From a virus, in IMG/VR virus record IMGVR_UViG_3300045391_003842, positions 51,789 through 115,788 of that record: 64,000 bases of DNA, one strand, 5' to 3'. Positions 17,404 through 25,543 of the stretch are shown in pieces. The notes below the pieces were generated by a model that was not told the DNA's origin, searched no databases, and saw only the letters and a list, made by a program, of their open reading frames with translations. The position numbers and the translations under genes were made by a program. How positions within the stretch are numbered: position 1 is the first letter of the stretch; every line of letters starts with the position of its first letter.

Positions 17404-17589
17404 ATGTCACCATCTGACCTGATCACCGCTGGCGAGAGGTTATTTGGCGTGCACTGGCGCCAACCTCTCGCCGACTGGTTGGGGGTGAACATATCGACGG
17501 TGCGGCGATGGGCATCGGCCGAGGTAGCGATACCCCGGTCTGTGGCCATCGCCATCACCCTACGGTTGAAACACGAAGGATCGCCTTGA
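17404..17589 (+). CDS. small HTH DNA-binding protein
   Basis: LFG..W...LADWLGVNISTVRRWA.....IP. Confidence 0.8.
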   Translation: MSPSDLITAGERLFGVHWRQPLADWLGVNISTVRRWASAEVAIPRSVAIAITLRLKHEGSP

Positions 17590-17618
17590 CGCTGCTGGTT
17601 GCGGTGCTGATCATGGCG

Positions 17619-17804
17619 GGTGGTTGGGGCGCAAGTTCACAAAGCCGGTGGCGTTGGAGGGTTCATGGCACCCGCGGCTTCGAGGGCTTACCTCCGTACT
17701 GCGACCGGGACCAAAGTGGTAGTCAAGCCCGGAAGCGACACCGGATATAACCGGGCGGGAAAGCCGGGCGCTTCGTAAAATGGAGCCGGCAAAGGTAGGT
17801 CACC
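17619..17804 (+). ncRNA. candidate structured ncRNA (~190 nt)
   Basis: ORF-free; TTGACGC upstream; GGTGGTT/GGTCACC closing stem, GGGC-GCAA-GTTC, GGAGG/CCTCC, ACCA/TGGT, GCCCGG/CCGGGC; followed by a terminator. Confidence 0.55.
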
Positions 17805-17810
17805 ACGCTA

Positions 17811-17848
17811 GAGAGGGTGCGATGCACTAACCTGCATTGCACCCTTTC
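17811..17848 (+). terminator. hairpin terminator
   Basis: GAGAGGGTGCGATGCA-CTAACC-TGCATTGCACCCTTTC. Confidence 0.7.
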
Positions 17849-17853
17849 ATTCT

Positions 17854-17883
17854 ATTAAGTGGCATGTTATAGTGACACTTAAT
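17854..17883. promoter_or_regulatory. operator-like inverted repeat (copy 4) over a -10 box
   Basis: ATTAAGTGGCA-N8-TGACACTTAAT containing TATAGT. Confidence 0.6.
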
Positions 17884-17893
17884 GGAGGGTTGA

Positions 17894-18145
17894 ATGTCCA
17901 GTCTCTTACGCCCGCAATTCGTTGTTCCAATTCCGTTTTTCATCTGGCTTGGTATCGCCACGGCCTATAGCTATGCGGTGGTGGCCGGGCTTCTGGTGTT
18001 CGGGATATACTGGCTGTTCAAGCGCTATTTGATCTGGGCGCTGGATGTGCCGAACAAGGCCTGGGAGAAGCACGGGAAAGGCTACTACACGGCGCCCGGT
18101 AACATCCTTGTTTACGATCCGAGTGACCCACGCGCCGGCCGTTGA
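17894..18145 (+). CDS. small membrane protein
   Basis: GGAGG RBS; hydrophobic N-terminal half. Confidence 0.7.
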   Translation: MSSLLRPQFVVPIPFFIWLGIATAYSYAVVAGLLVFGIYWLFKRYLIWALDVPNKAWEKHGKGYYTAPGNILVYDPSDPRAGR

Positions 18146-18170
18146 CGCGGCCCTAGGTCTTTGCCATAAC
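18142..18170 (+). promoter_or_regulatory. sigma70-type promoter
   Basis: TTGACG-N17-CATAAC. Confidence 0.65.
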
Positions 18171-18175
18171 ACTCG

Positions 18176-18287
18176 AACGACGGTCGCAAGACCCTTTGAC
18201 ATTGACCATGTCGGCTCTGCCCACGCATAGGTCACAGTTCATAGCAGTGTCGTCTAAGGGGCTGGTCCTTCGGGATCAGCCCCTTTT
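18176..18287 (+). ncRNA. candidate small RNA (~110 nt)
   Basis: lies between a promoter and a terminator, no ORF; GGTC-GCAA-GACC, TGACCATG/CATAGGTCA, GACATT/AGTGTC pairings. Confidence 0.55.
18256..18287 (+). terminator. Rho-independent terminator
   Basis: AAGGGGCTGGTCC-TTCG-GGATCAGCCCCTTTT. Confidence 0.85.
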
Positions 18288-18345
18288 CATTTACGAATAT
18301 CTCCGGTTGGCTTAACTTTGCGTGACACGCCACTCGGAGTCCCCG

Positions 18346-19227
18346 ATGTTTGAAGACCAGGATTATGCGCTGTGCATGGAGTTGCCCATCTTGGTCAAGG
18401 CCAAGACGGAAGGCGACAAGCGCATTGTAGAGGTGGAAGCCTCCAACGAGCAGGTGGATACCGAAGGCGACGTCATCGAACAGAAGTCGCTATTGGATGC
18501 CGGCGCCGGATTCTGCGCTACCGGGCATCTCGATATCGACCACCTGTCAGAGATCGGCGAACGCCTGGGTATCCGGAATCCTTCGCAGTACATCGTCGGC
18601 GTGCCGCTGGAGGTGAAGGATCTCGGCAAGGGCCGGACCGGCGTGCGTGGTGAGTTGAACAAGTCGGCCAAGGCGGAAGAGTTGTGGGCCGGGCTCACGA
18701 TGGATCCACCCGTGCGCTGGCGCGCTTCGATTTATGGGTTCCCGAAAGCTGGCATGATCGATGACATGCGCGTCAGCAAAGGGCCGAACCCGACCGGTGC
18801 CAAACGTTACGTGGTCAAGGGAATCAACTGGCGTTCCTTGGCATTCACCCGGAACCCGATCAACGACAGCATCACCGGTAACGCACACATCGTCACGGCG
18901 AAAGCCATGATGGCGATCATGAAAGCACGTCTAGGGCCTGACGCTTTGGCGGCGATCGAAAAAGGGCCATACGCTTCGGATATGGTTGGCGGCCCGGTGA
19001 ATCCGATGGATTTCATTCTTCCGCCCAGAAACCGCGAAGAACTGATGGGCCACTTCCACTACCAGATGAAGGGCAATCGGTCACCGTACGCCAATCCGGA
19101 CCTTGGGTACTCGGTGTCTAATTTTCAGAACCACTTCCAGTACGTGTGCGGGTGCGCCTCGTGGGAAGCAGATCTTCTGGCAAATGCGCTGATGAATTTG
19201 TTGAAGCGTGAACGGCGCGATAACTGA
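18346..19227 (+). CDS. putative prohead (maturation) protease
   Basis: VEASNEQVDTEGDVI....GHLDIDH...IVGVP...ASIYG...LAFTRNPIN; sits before scaffold and MCP. Confidence 0.7.
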   Translation: MFEDQDYALCMELPILVKAKTEGDKRIVEVEASNEQVDTEGDVIEQKSLLDAGAGFCATGHLDIDHLSEIGERLGIRNPSQYIVGVPLEVKDLGKGRTGVRGELNKSAKAEELWAGLTMDPPVRWRASIYGFPKAGMIDDMRVSKGPNPTGAKRYVVKGINWRSLAFTRNPINDSITGNAHIVTAKAMMAIMKARLGPDALAAIEKGPYASDMVGGPVNPMDFILPPRNREELMGHFHYQMKGNRSPYANPDLGYSVSNFQNHFQYVCGCASWEADLLANALMNLLKRERRDN

Positions 19228-19233
19228 CGCGCA

Positions 19234-19253
19234 TTGGCACCTGTGACTGTCAC
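19234..19253. promoter_or_regulatory. operator-like site (copy 5)
   Basis: TTGGCA-N8-TGTCAC, intergenic. Confidence 0.45.
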
Positions 19254-19358
19254 GGAGCCGTGTCATATTGACATGCCCAAAACATAGTTGCAGGTTTTCA
19301 CTTCTCTGTGGTAGTCAGCCACGTAGTGATTCGCATTTTTGCGACAGCAGAGGTACGC

Positions 19359-20609
19359 ATGAACGTCAAGACAAACGCCAATCGTCCGTCCATTGCGGCC
19401 CTATTCGCTGGGTTCAGCAAGCTGGTTAAGGCGATTCCCGAAGACAAGATGGAGGACATGAAGGACGTCCTCGACATGTGGAATGAGCCCGGTGGCGAGC
19501 ACAAGAATCCCTCCGCCGCGGAAATCACCACCGGCCCGGCTCAGGCTGCGGCAGGCCACGGCGCGGAGAAGATGATCGGCGAATACTCGCAGCCGGCGCC
19601 GCAGCAGGGCATGACCCAGCAGTACCAGGCGTTCGATGGCATGCTGCGGGACTTCGGCAAGTCGTTCCAGGCGCAACTGGCCGCGACGCTCAATCCGGTT
19701 CTGGCCGGGCTCCAGCGCGACAACACCCAGATCAAGAGCTTCCTCACCGGCATTGCCCAGGTGGCGAAGGCCGAGGAAGAGGCGAAGGAAAAGGAAGCGG
19801 AGGAAGCCAAGAAGGCAGCCGCGACCGTCACCATCGATCCGGACGGCTTTTTGGGCAAGGCACAGGCCAAGCTGGTATCCGCCAAATCGCTCAGCAATGC
19901 GGCGTTCATGGCTGGTATCGACGGCGATTTTCCGACCGTCAAGGCCAAGCTGACGGAAGCCCGCACCGTGCTGAAGTCGGCCACTGCCCTCATCGCCAAG
20001 GCGATGGAGGAAAAGGAAGATCCGGAAGCCGAGTGCGAAAAGGCCATGACGTCGGCCAAGAATATCGGCAAGGCGCTCAGCAAGGCCGAGGACGAGGACA
20101 AAGAGCGCGACGAGAAGGAAGCCGCAAAGGCCAAGACGGCAGCGGAAGCCGAAGCCACCGCCAAAGCAGCGGAAGCTGAAGCTGCGGCGAAGGCTGCGGC
20201 AGCCGGCGGCACGGCCGATCCGGCGGCAGCCAATATCGCGGCAACCGCGGCGCAGATCAAGGCGGCCGGTGAGGCGCTGACGAAGGCGGCCGAAGGCAAC
20301 GCTGTGTTGATGGGCAACATCGAAATGGTCATGAAGGCCCTGATGGGCCAGTCGCAGCCCGGCGGCGCGACGGCGCCTGTCATTCAGAAGGGCACCGTTG
20401 AGCCGTTCGATCCCAAGGTTCGTGTGGCTGCCGCTCTGGAATCCCAGACCTTGAGCGGTGACGACACGATGAAGGCGCAGCAACTCCTGCAACAGCACGG
20501 TCTGGTGAAGGCCGGGCGCATGGAGCAGAGCATCTTCGACCGAAACCTCTCTCTGGCGGTGCCTGCCGTCCAAGCATTGTTTGCGGCGCCCGCGGCTGCC
20601 GCGGCGTAA
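19359..20609 (+). CDS. putative capsid scaffolding protein
   Basis: Ala/Glu/Lys-rich coiled coil between protease and MCP; GAGG RBS. Confidence 0.65.
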   Translation: MNVKTNANRPSIAALFAGFSKLVKAIPEDKMEDMKDVLDMWNEPGGEHKNPSAAEITTGPAQAAAGHGAEKMIGEYSQPAPQQGMTQQYQAFDGMLRDFGKSFQAQLAATLNPVLAGLQRDNTQIKSFLTGIAQVAKAEEEAKEKEAEEAKKAAATVTIDPDGFLGKAQAKLVSAKSLSNAAFMAGIDGDFPTVKAKLTEARTVLKSATALIAKAMEEKEDPEAECEKAMTSAKNIGKALSKAEDEDKERDEKEAAKAKTAAEAEATAKAAEAEAAAKAAAAGGTADPAAANIAATAAQIKAAGEALTKAAEGNAVLMGNIEMVMKALMGQSQPGGATAPVIQKGTVEPFDPKVRVAAALESQTLSGDDTMKAQQLLQQHGLVKAGRMEQSIFDRNLSLAVPAVQALFAAPAAAAA

Positions 20610-20657
20610 GGATCAACATCGGCCTCGCTGCATAAGCGCGGAATTCAGGAGTCATAC

Positions 20658-22481
20658 ATGAACGTCGCGATGCAACAGAACCCTGTGTTGATGAAGGCAT
20701 ATCAGCAGGCCGTTGCTGCTTCAAATGCCCTCATGCGGACGCATGGGGAGGGTGAGATCCAATCGTGGCTGGCGGCCATGGCGTCGGCACAGGCCGTGGC
20801 AAAGACGGATGGTGATATCCGCACCATGGTCATGGGCCACGTTGACGCGACCGACGAACTGCGCCGGTTCGAGGGGCCGATGGGGCATATGAATGCCCTG
20901 GCGCGCTTCCGTCGCGAAAATCCCTTCGCCAAGTCGCTGCCGCGTGGCAGTGAGAAATACGCCGACATGGCGGGCGACAATGCCATCATGAAAGCGGATC
21001 TGGACGTTGGCACCCTGACCAATCTGGCGCAGGTGACCGGCGGGCAGACGCTGGGCTGGATTTCACTCGACACGCGTATGGCGCGCAGCACAATTCGGCC
21101 GGGCAGCTTCACGCTGTATCAGATGCTGAAGAAGACCCGCGCCAATCAGATCGTGGATTACTGGCCGTCCGCGACCAGCACGGGTGGCGCCCTGCCCGGT
21201 TCTGCCTTCAATTCGTACGGCTCCGTGACCAACGGCGCGTTGGCGACCAACGCCGGCACGTACGACATGAACTTCATCACGCTGAAGCTGGCTCTGGACG
21301 GCCGCGCCATCACGATGGCCCTGGCAGCCCAGAACTCGTTTGTGAACGTGGCGGAGCAAGAGACCACCAATGCGGCGCTGTCCCTGCTGTCCAGCATGGA
21401 TTGGGCTTGCTACTGGGGCGATCCGACCATCTTCCCGAACCAGCCGCAGGGCCTGTATGGGGCGATCGTTTCGGGCGCACCATCCGGCAACGTGGTGGAC
21501 TTCCAGCAGTACAAGGTAGCGATGGAGTCGGGCGGCTTCAGCGACCCGGAACTGCTGTTCAAGCTGATCTTCCAGCAGGCGGCGGAAGTCGTCGGGTTCA
21601 ACCGTTTCGGCGTCATCACCCACGCCTTCATGGCGCCCGACACGGCCGGCGATCTCCAGGGCATCCCGACTGGAATCCTGAACGCGATCGTCAACGGCAC
21701 GAACCGCATCGCCGACCATCAGGCGCTGGTGATCAACGGCAACCTCCAGGGGCTGAATACCCGCTTCGGCGACATTCACTTCCCGGTGGACCTGCTGATG
21801 GTCTCTCGTGATCTGCCGGCCCAGGCGATCACCGTTCCGGGTGTGTCTGGCAACGCGGCCAGCACCACGTTGACCAAGCCGACGTCGGTGACAGTGGCGG
21901 TATCCGGCGCGAACGCGGCCTCCGACTGGTTCGGCGACTACATCGCGACGGTGTCCGGTGGTGTGGTCTACGGCGTGGCCGCGGCCGACTCGCTGATGAA
22001 CGAGTCCACCCTGACGTTCTCCGCGGTGACGTCGGGCGTGGCGGCCGGCGGCGCCTACGTCGTGACGGTAACACCCGCCAACGACACCAACGTGATCGCG
22101 ATGCGCGTGTTCCGGTCCGGCATCTACGCATCTGGTGTGGCGACATCCACCGATCCGAATTCGGTGCGCTTCATCGGCACGATCGTGGTTCCCAACGGCA
22201 ACGGCACCAACCCGGTGACGTTCACCGATTTGAACACCCACATCCCAGGCAGTGAGACGGTCTTCCTGCTGGATCTGGACGAGGAAGACGACGCGTTCGA
22301 CTATCGCTACCTGCTGCCGCTGACCAAGTTGGACCTGTTCGCCAACAATGCCTACATGCCGTGGGCGGTCACCAGCATCGGCGCGCCGCGGGTTCGCATT
22401 CCGCGCTTCCACGGCTTGATCACCAACTATGTGCCGACCACGCCGACCTTCAATCCGCTCAATGGAACGAAGTTCCGGTAA
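20658..22481 (+). CDS. major capsid protein
   Basis: position; ET.NA...L....DWA.YWGD...P....GL motif; AGGAG RBS; strong terminator downstream. Confidence 0.8.
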   Translation: MNVAMQQNPVLMKAYQQAVAASNALMRTHGEGEIQSWLAAMASAQAVAKTDGDIRTMVMGHVDATDELRRFEGPMGHMNALARFRRENPFAKSLPRGSEKYADMAGDNAIMKADLDVGTLTNLAQVTGGQTLGWISLDTRMARSTIRPGSFTLYQMLKKTRANQIVDYWPSATSTGGALPGSAFNSYGSVTNGALATNAGTYDMNFITLKLALDGRAITMALAAQNSFVNVAEQETTNAALSLLSSMDWACYWGDPTIFPNQPQGLYGAIVSGAPSGNVVDFQQYKVAMESGGFSDPELLFKLIFQQAAEVVGFNRFGVITHAFMAPDTAGDLQGIPTGILNAIVNGTNRIADHQALVINGNLQGLNTRFGDIHFPVDLLMVSRDLPAQAITVPGVSGNAASTTLTKPTSVTVAVSGANAASDWFGDYIATVSGGVVYGVAAADSLMNESTLTFSAVTSGVAAGGAYVVTVTPANDTNVIAMRVFRSGIYASGVATSTDPNSVRFIGTIVVPNGNGTNPVTFTDLNTHIPGSETVFLLDLDEEDDAFDYRYLLPLTKLDLFANNAYMPWAVTSIGAPRVRIPRFHGLITNYVPTTPTFNPLNGTKFR

Positions 22482-22505
22482 GCTGCCGGCGACGGATAGG
22501 TGACA

Positions 22506-22536
22506 GAGACGCCGGGTTGAAAGACCCGGCGTTTTC
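22506..22536 (+). terminator. Rho-independent terminator
   Basis: GAGACGCCGGGTT-GAAA-GACCCGGCGTTTTC. Confidence 0.85.
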
Positions 22537-22557
22537 TATATCAGGGCAAGATCTGAC

Positions 22558-23229
22558 GTGCAGCAGGGAGCCCGCCACGTGCCTACCCACAACAACGAAG
22601 ATGTCACAATCCGTAGACTCCTGGCTGAGCATGAAGATCGACCGCGCGCCTATCGGTTCCCGCGGATCTACCTGGACGTCGGCGCCCACGATCCTCACAC
22701 GACATCCAACACGCACGGGTTCTATTTGGAAGGGTGGCGCGGCGTTGACGTGGAACCCCTGCCGGCCTTGGCCGCCAAACTGCGTGAGGCGCATCCGGAA
22801 AACCACGTGTTCCAATGCGCCGTGGGCGACGTGGATGATGGGCTCATGAGCCTGTACGTTCCGGATCGGTCGGATATTCTGGGGCTCGCGACGTTAGATC
22901 CAGCTATCGCGGTGCGGCATGTTGAGACCGGGTTCGGCCGGTTTCAAGCGCAACAGGTGGAAGTGCACCGGTTGGCCACTATCCTCGAATCCATTGACCT
23001 GGACGGTGAAGATATCGCCTTCATGAGCATGGACGTGGAAGGTTTCGAGGCTGCGGCATTGCGCGGGCTGGACCTGCGCCGCAATCATCCTTTCGTCTTG
23101 GCGATCGAAGCGACTATACCTAACACGCGCATTCCTTCCTGGGCGACCTGGGAGCCCTATGTTCTGGAGAACGGGTACGAGTTCGTTGAATTCGACGGCT
23201 GCAACCGGTTCTATCGTTTGAAAGGTTGA
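22558..23229 (+). CDS. FkbM family methyltransferase
   Basis: YLDVGAHDP...SNT..FY..GWRG..VEP...MDVEGFE..AL.G; start codon uncertain. Confidence 0.9.
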   Translation: MQQGARHVPTHNNEDVTIRRLLAEHEDRPRAYRFPRIYLDVGAHDPHTTSNTHGFYLEGWRGVDVEPLPALAAKLREAHPENHVFQCAVGDVDDGLMSLYVPDRSDILGLATLDPAIAVRHVETGFGRFQAQQVEVHRLATILESIDLDGEDIAFMSMDVEGFEAAALRGLDLRRNHPFVLAIEATIPNTRIPSWATWEPYVLENGYEFVEFDGCNRFYRLKG

Positions 23230-23231
23230 CC

Positions 23232-23693
23232 ATGCAGATTCGAGCCATCCTGAAGCGCACCAGTACCGCATACCGGCGGTGGCGTGCCCATAAGCGCCGG
23301 GCCGGAAAACTGAACGGCGTGCGCTTCGTGCTGGTGGGGCAGGACTATCTGACAGCCTCCAGCCCGACCACGCCGGATGAGATTCAGGCCTTGCGCCACA
23401 ACTCCATGGTGTCGCTGGAGATGATGTCGAACCCACCGGCCGGCGTCGTGGAAGAAGCTGGAATTGATTCCCTGTTCCAGAGCGGTGACGATGGCGACAA
23501 CGACGGCCAAGGGGACGGCGGCCAGGGTGATGGCGACCAGGGCGATGACGGCCAGGATGATGGTCAAGGCGGCGACGCCGGCACCGATCAGGCAGAACTG
23601 AACGCGCTGTTCGGCCGCAATGTGCCAGACCAACCGCCGCAGCCGATCAAGCGCCGGCCCGGCGGCCGGACGTCGTCGCGCACTGGAGCCTAA
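23232..23693 (+). CDS. hypothetical protein with acidic D/G/Q-rich tract
   Basis: ORF in the head module. Confidence 0.6.
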   Translation: MQIRAILKRTSTAYRRWRAHKRRAGKLNGVRFVLVGQDYLTASSPTTPDEIQALRHNSMVSLEMMSNPPAGVVEEAGIDSLFQSGDDGDNDGQGDGGQGDGDQGDDGQDDGQGGDAGTDQAELNALFGRNVPDQPPQPIKRRPGGRTSSRTGA

Positions 23694-23696
23694 GTC

Positions 23697-24698
23697 ATGG
23701 GCGTACCCGGGTACATTTCCTTCTGCTCGCCCGGCGCGGCGTCGGTGGTATCCGGGCGCGCACTGTGGAACTGGGACATCACCAATCCGAACGAACCGGT
23801 GGTCAAGAGCTACAGCGGCAACAAGGCGACCAAGACGGGCCTGGGCGTCACGGATCTTCAGCAGGCTGCCGGCGTGCCTCTGGTGTACTACAACACTGAC
23901 CCGCCGACGCCGGTACCGGCGCCGCAGTTGCTGGATTGGATCCGCGACGCGGAGGATTGGGTTGAGCAGGAAACCGGCCTGCTGTTGACGCCAACCTGGA
24001 TCGCGTCGCCGCCTGAGATCCAGCCGTATGCCGCGCTGTCCACTGGGACGCCTGTCGCGTCGGGAGGCTGGGGCGGCCAGCGGCAGGGGATCGATTACGA
24101 TTTGGCCGACGCCGGCTACGATTTCATCTTCGATCGCGCGCAGGATGACGGCTGGGTGGTGCAGCCCCTGCGGTATCGGCCGATTCGGAATGTCCACGTC
24201 AGCGCGGCCGATTTCACCGCGGTCAAGAACATGGCCGGAATCTACCCGCTGCTGAGCGACTTCTTCCGTGTGCCGCCGACGTGGTTTGTGGAAGACCAGG
24301 ACTACGGCATGCTGCGCATCGTGCCGGCCGAGAACGTGCAAATGCTGCCGATGTTCGCGATGCAGCTTGCGTTGATGGGTTTTGCCGAATCGGTACCGGG
24401 CGCGTGGCATTTCCAGTACACCGCGGGGCTCACGGCGACCGACTACAGCAGCCGATTCCGCTTCATCAAGCGCCTTGTCGTGTTGGACGCAGCGATGCGC
24501 GCTCTGAACTCCATTCAGAGCACCGTCAACATGGGCCTGCTGCGAACGTCGGTGCTGGTGGATGGCATGCAGACCCAGTTGCAGTACCCGGAACAGGGCG
24601 CCTTCGGCGCGCAGATTACGGCCTTCAGCAAAGAGCGAGATTCCCTGATGCACACGGCCCAAACCAAGGTTATGGGGCCGTCTCTCCTGACCCTGTGA
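23697..24698 (+). CDS. putative head-tail adaptor / neck protein
   Basis: position; WIRDAEDWVEQETG...VPGAWHFQYTAG. Confidence 0.6.
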   Translation: MGVPGYISFCSPGAASVVSGRALWNWDITNPNEPVVKSYSGNKATKTGLGVTDLQQAAGVPLVYYNTDPPTPVPAPQLLDWIRDAEDWVEQETGLLLTPTWIASPPEIQPYAALSTGTPVASGGWGGQRQGIDYDLADAGYDFIFDRAQDDGWVVQPLRYRPIRNVHVSAADFTAVKNMAGIYPLLSDFFRVPPTWFVEDQDYGMLRIVPAENVQMLPMFAMQLALMGFAESVPGAWHFQYTAGLTATDYSSRFRFIKRLVVLDAAMRALNSIQSTVNMGLLRTSVLVDGMQTQLQYPEQGAFGAQITAFSKERDSLMHTAQTKVMGPSLLTL

Positions 24699-24748
24699 TA
24701 TACCACACATTTGTGATTGGAATCGTGTCGTTTTAGCTAGGATGCGGC

Positions 24749-25543
24749 ATGTCCAGCTTGCCGCTATTCCCCGTCCCGTACATCCCGAATTTTGGACGGC
24801 GACTCATGCCGCCGGCCCTGACGAACGCCACGATCCGGAACAACGGCCTGCGCTTGCAATGGCTGCAAAGCCATCAGTGCCCCTGCACGTACTCGACTGA
24901 GATTCCAGGCTCCCCTGATCCCGCCTGCAACACCTGCCACGGCCGCGGGCGCTACTGGGACAGCCCGACTCCGGATGGAAGCTTCATCGGGCTCGTCACC
25001 TTCATGCACACCAGCGAGGCGGCCGACGAACCGGGTGTCACGACCAACCCGGCGATGGGGCAGATCGCGCATGCTGAGCCCACCATTACCGTTCCATCCG
25101 ACGTGCATCCAGTATGGGATCTGGCCAGTGAGTACGACGCCTTCGTGGAGACTGACGCGATCAATCGTTTTGAAACCGTATTCACGGTGGGCGATAATCA
25201 GATCCTGCCTTACCAGCAGAACCTGGAGATCTTGGACGTCACGACTTACGATCTGGCCGCTAAGGAAGTGATTCCGCTCACGTCCGGCAGCTATGTGGTG
25301 TCGGGCGCCTCCGTGCTCTTGCCCGGCTACGCGGACGGCACGTCCTACGTGGTGGCCTACAATGCCAGCCCGGTGTGGGTGGCGTTCCGCCGGGCCGGCG
25401 GCTTGGCGCACAATCGGCCGTTCGGTGCGGGCGTCGCACTGCCGAAACGCTACCGCGGCATGCTTCTGGACGTTTGGACTCGAGCGCAGAATAATGGAGG
25501 CCTTGGCCAATCCCGGTCACCACAAGGCATGCTCCCTCCATGA
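24749..25543 (+). CDS. putative neck/head closure protein
   Basis: CPC...C.TCHG.G motif seen in myovirus neck proteins; position. Confidence 0.55.
   Translation: MSSLPLFPVPYIPNFGRRLMPPALTNATIRNNGLRLQWLQSHQCPCTYSTEIPGSPDPACNTCHGRGRYWDSPTPDGSFIGLVTFMHTSEAADEPGVTTNPAMGQIAHAEPTITVPSDVHPVWDLASEYDAFVETDAINRFETVFTVGDNQILPYQQNLEILDVTTYDLAAKEVIPLTSGSYVVSGASVLLPGYADGTSYVVAYNASPVWVAFRRAGGLAHNRPFGAGVALPKRYRGMLLDVWTRAQNNGGLGQSRSPQGMLPP

Noticed and set aside
17508-17750. 80-aa ORF
   Set aside because: It overlaps the HTH gene out of frame, has no RBS, and the region is better explained as structured RNA.
17756-17770. RNase P-like word CGGGAAAGCCGGGC
   Set aside because: It is only a partial match, in the wrong position within the RNA, and no complementary P4 3' motif was seen.
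21860-22240. FN3-like insertion in the major capsid protein as a novelty
   Set aside because: A comparable beta-sandwich insertion is usual in SPO1/Twort-type capsid proteins.
16024-24710. Long minus-strand ORFs (16024-17331, 19401-20573, 21063-22412, 23211-24710) and similar ones elsewhere
   Set aside because: They are antisense shadows of GC-rich genes with Arg/His/Gly-biased translations and no motifs.
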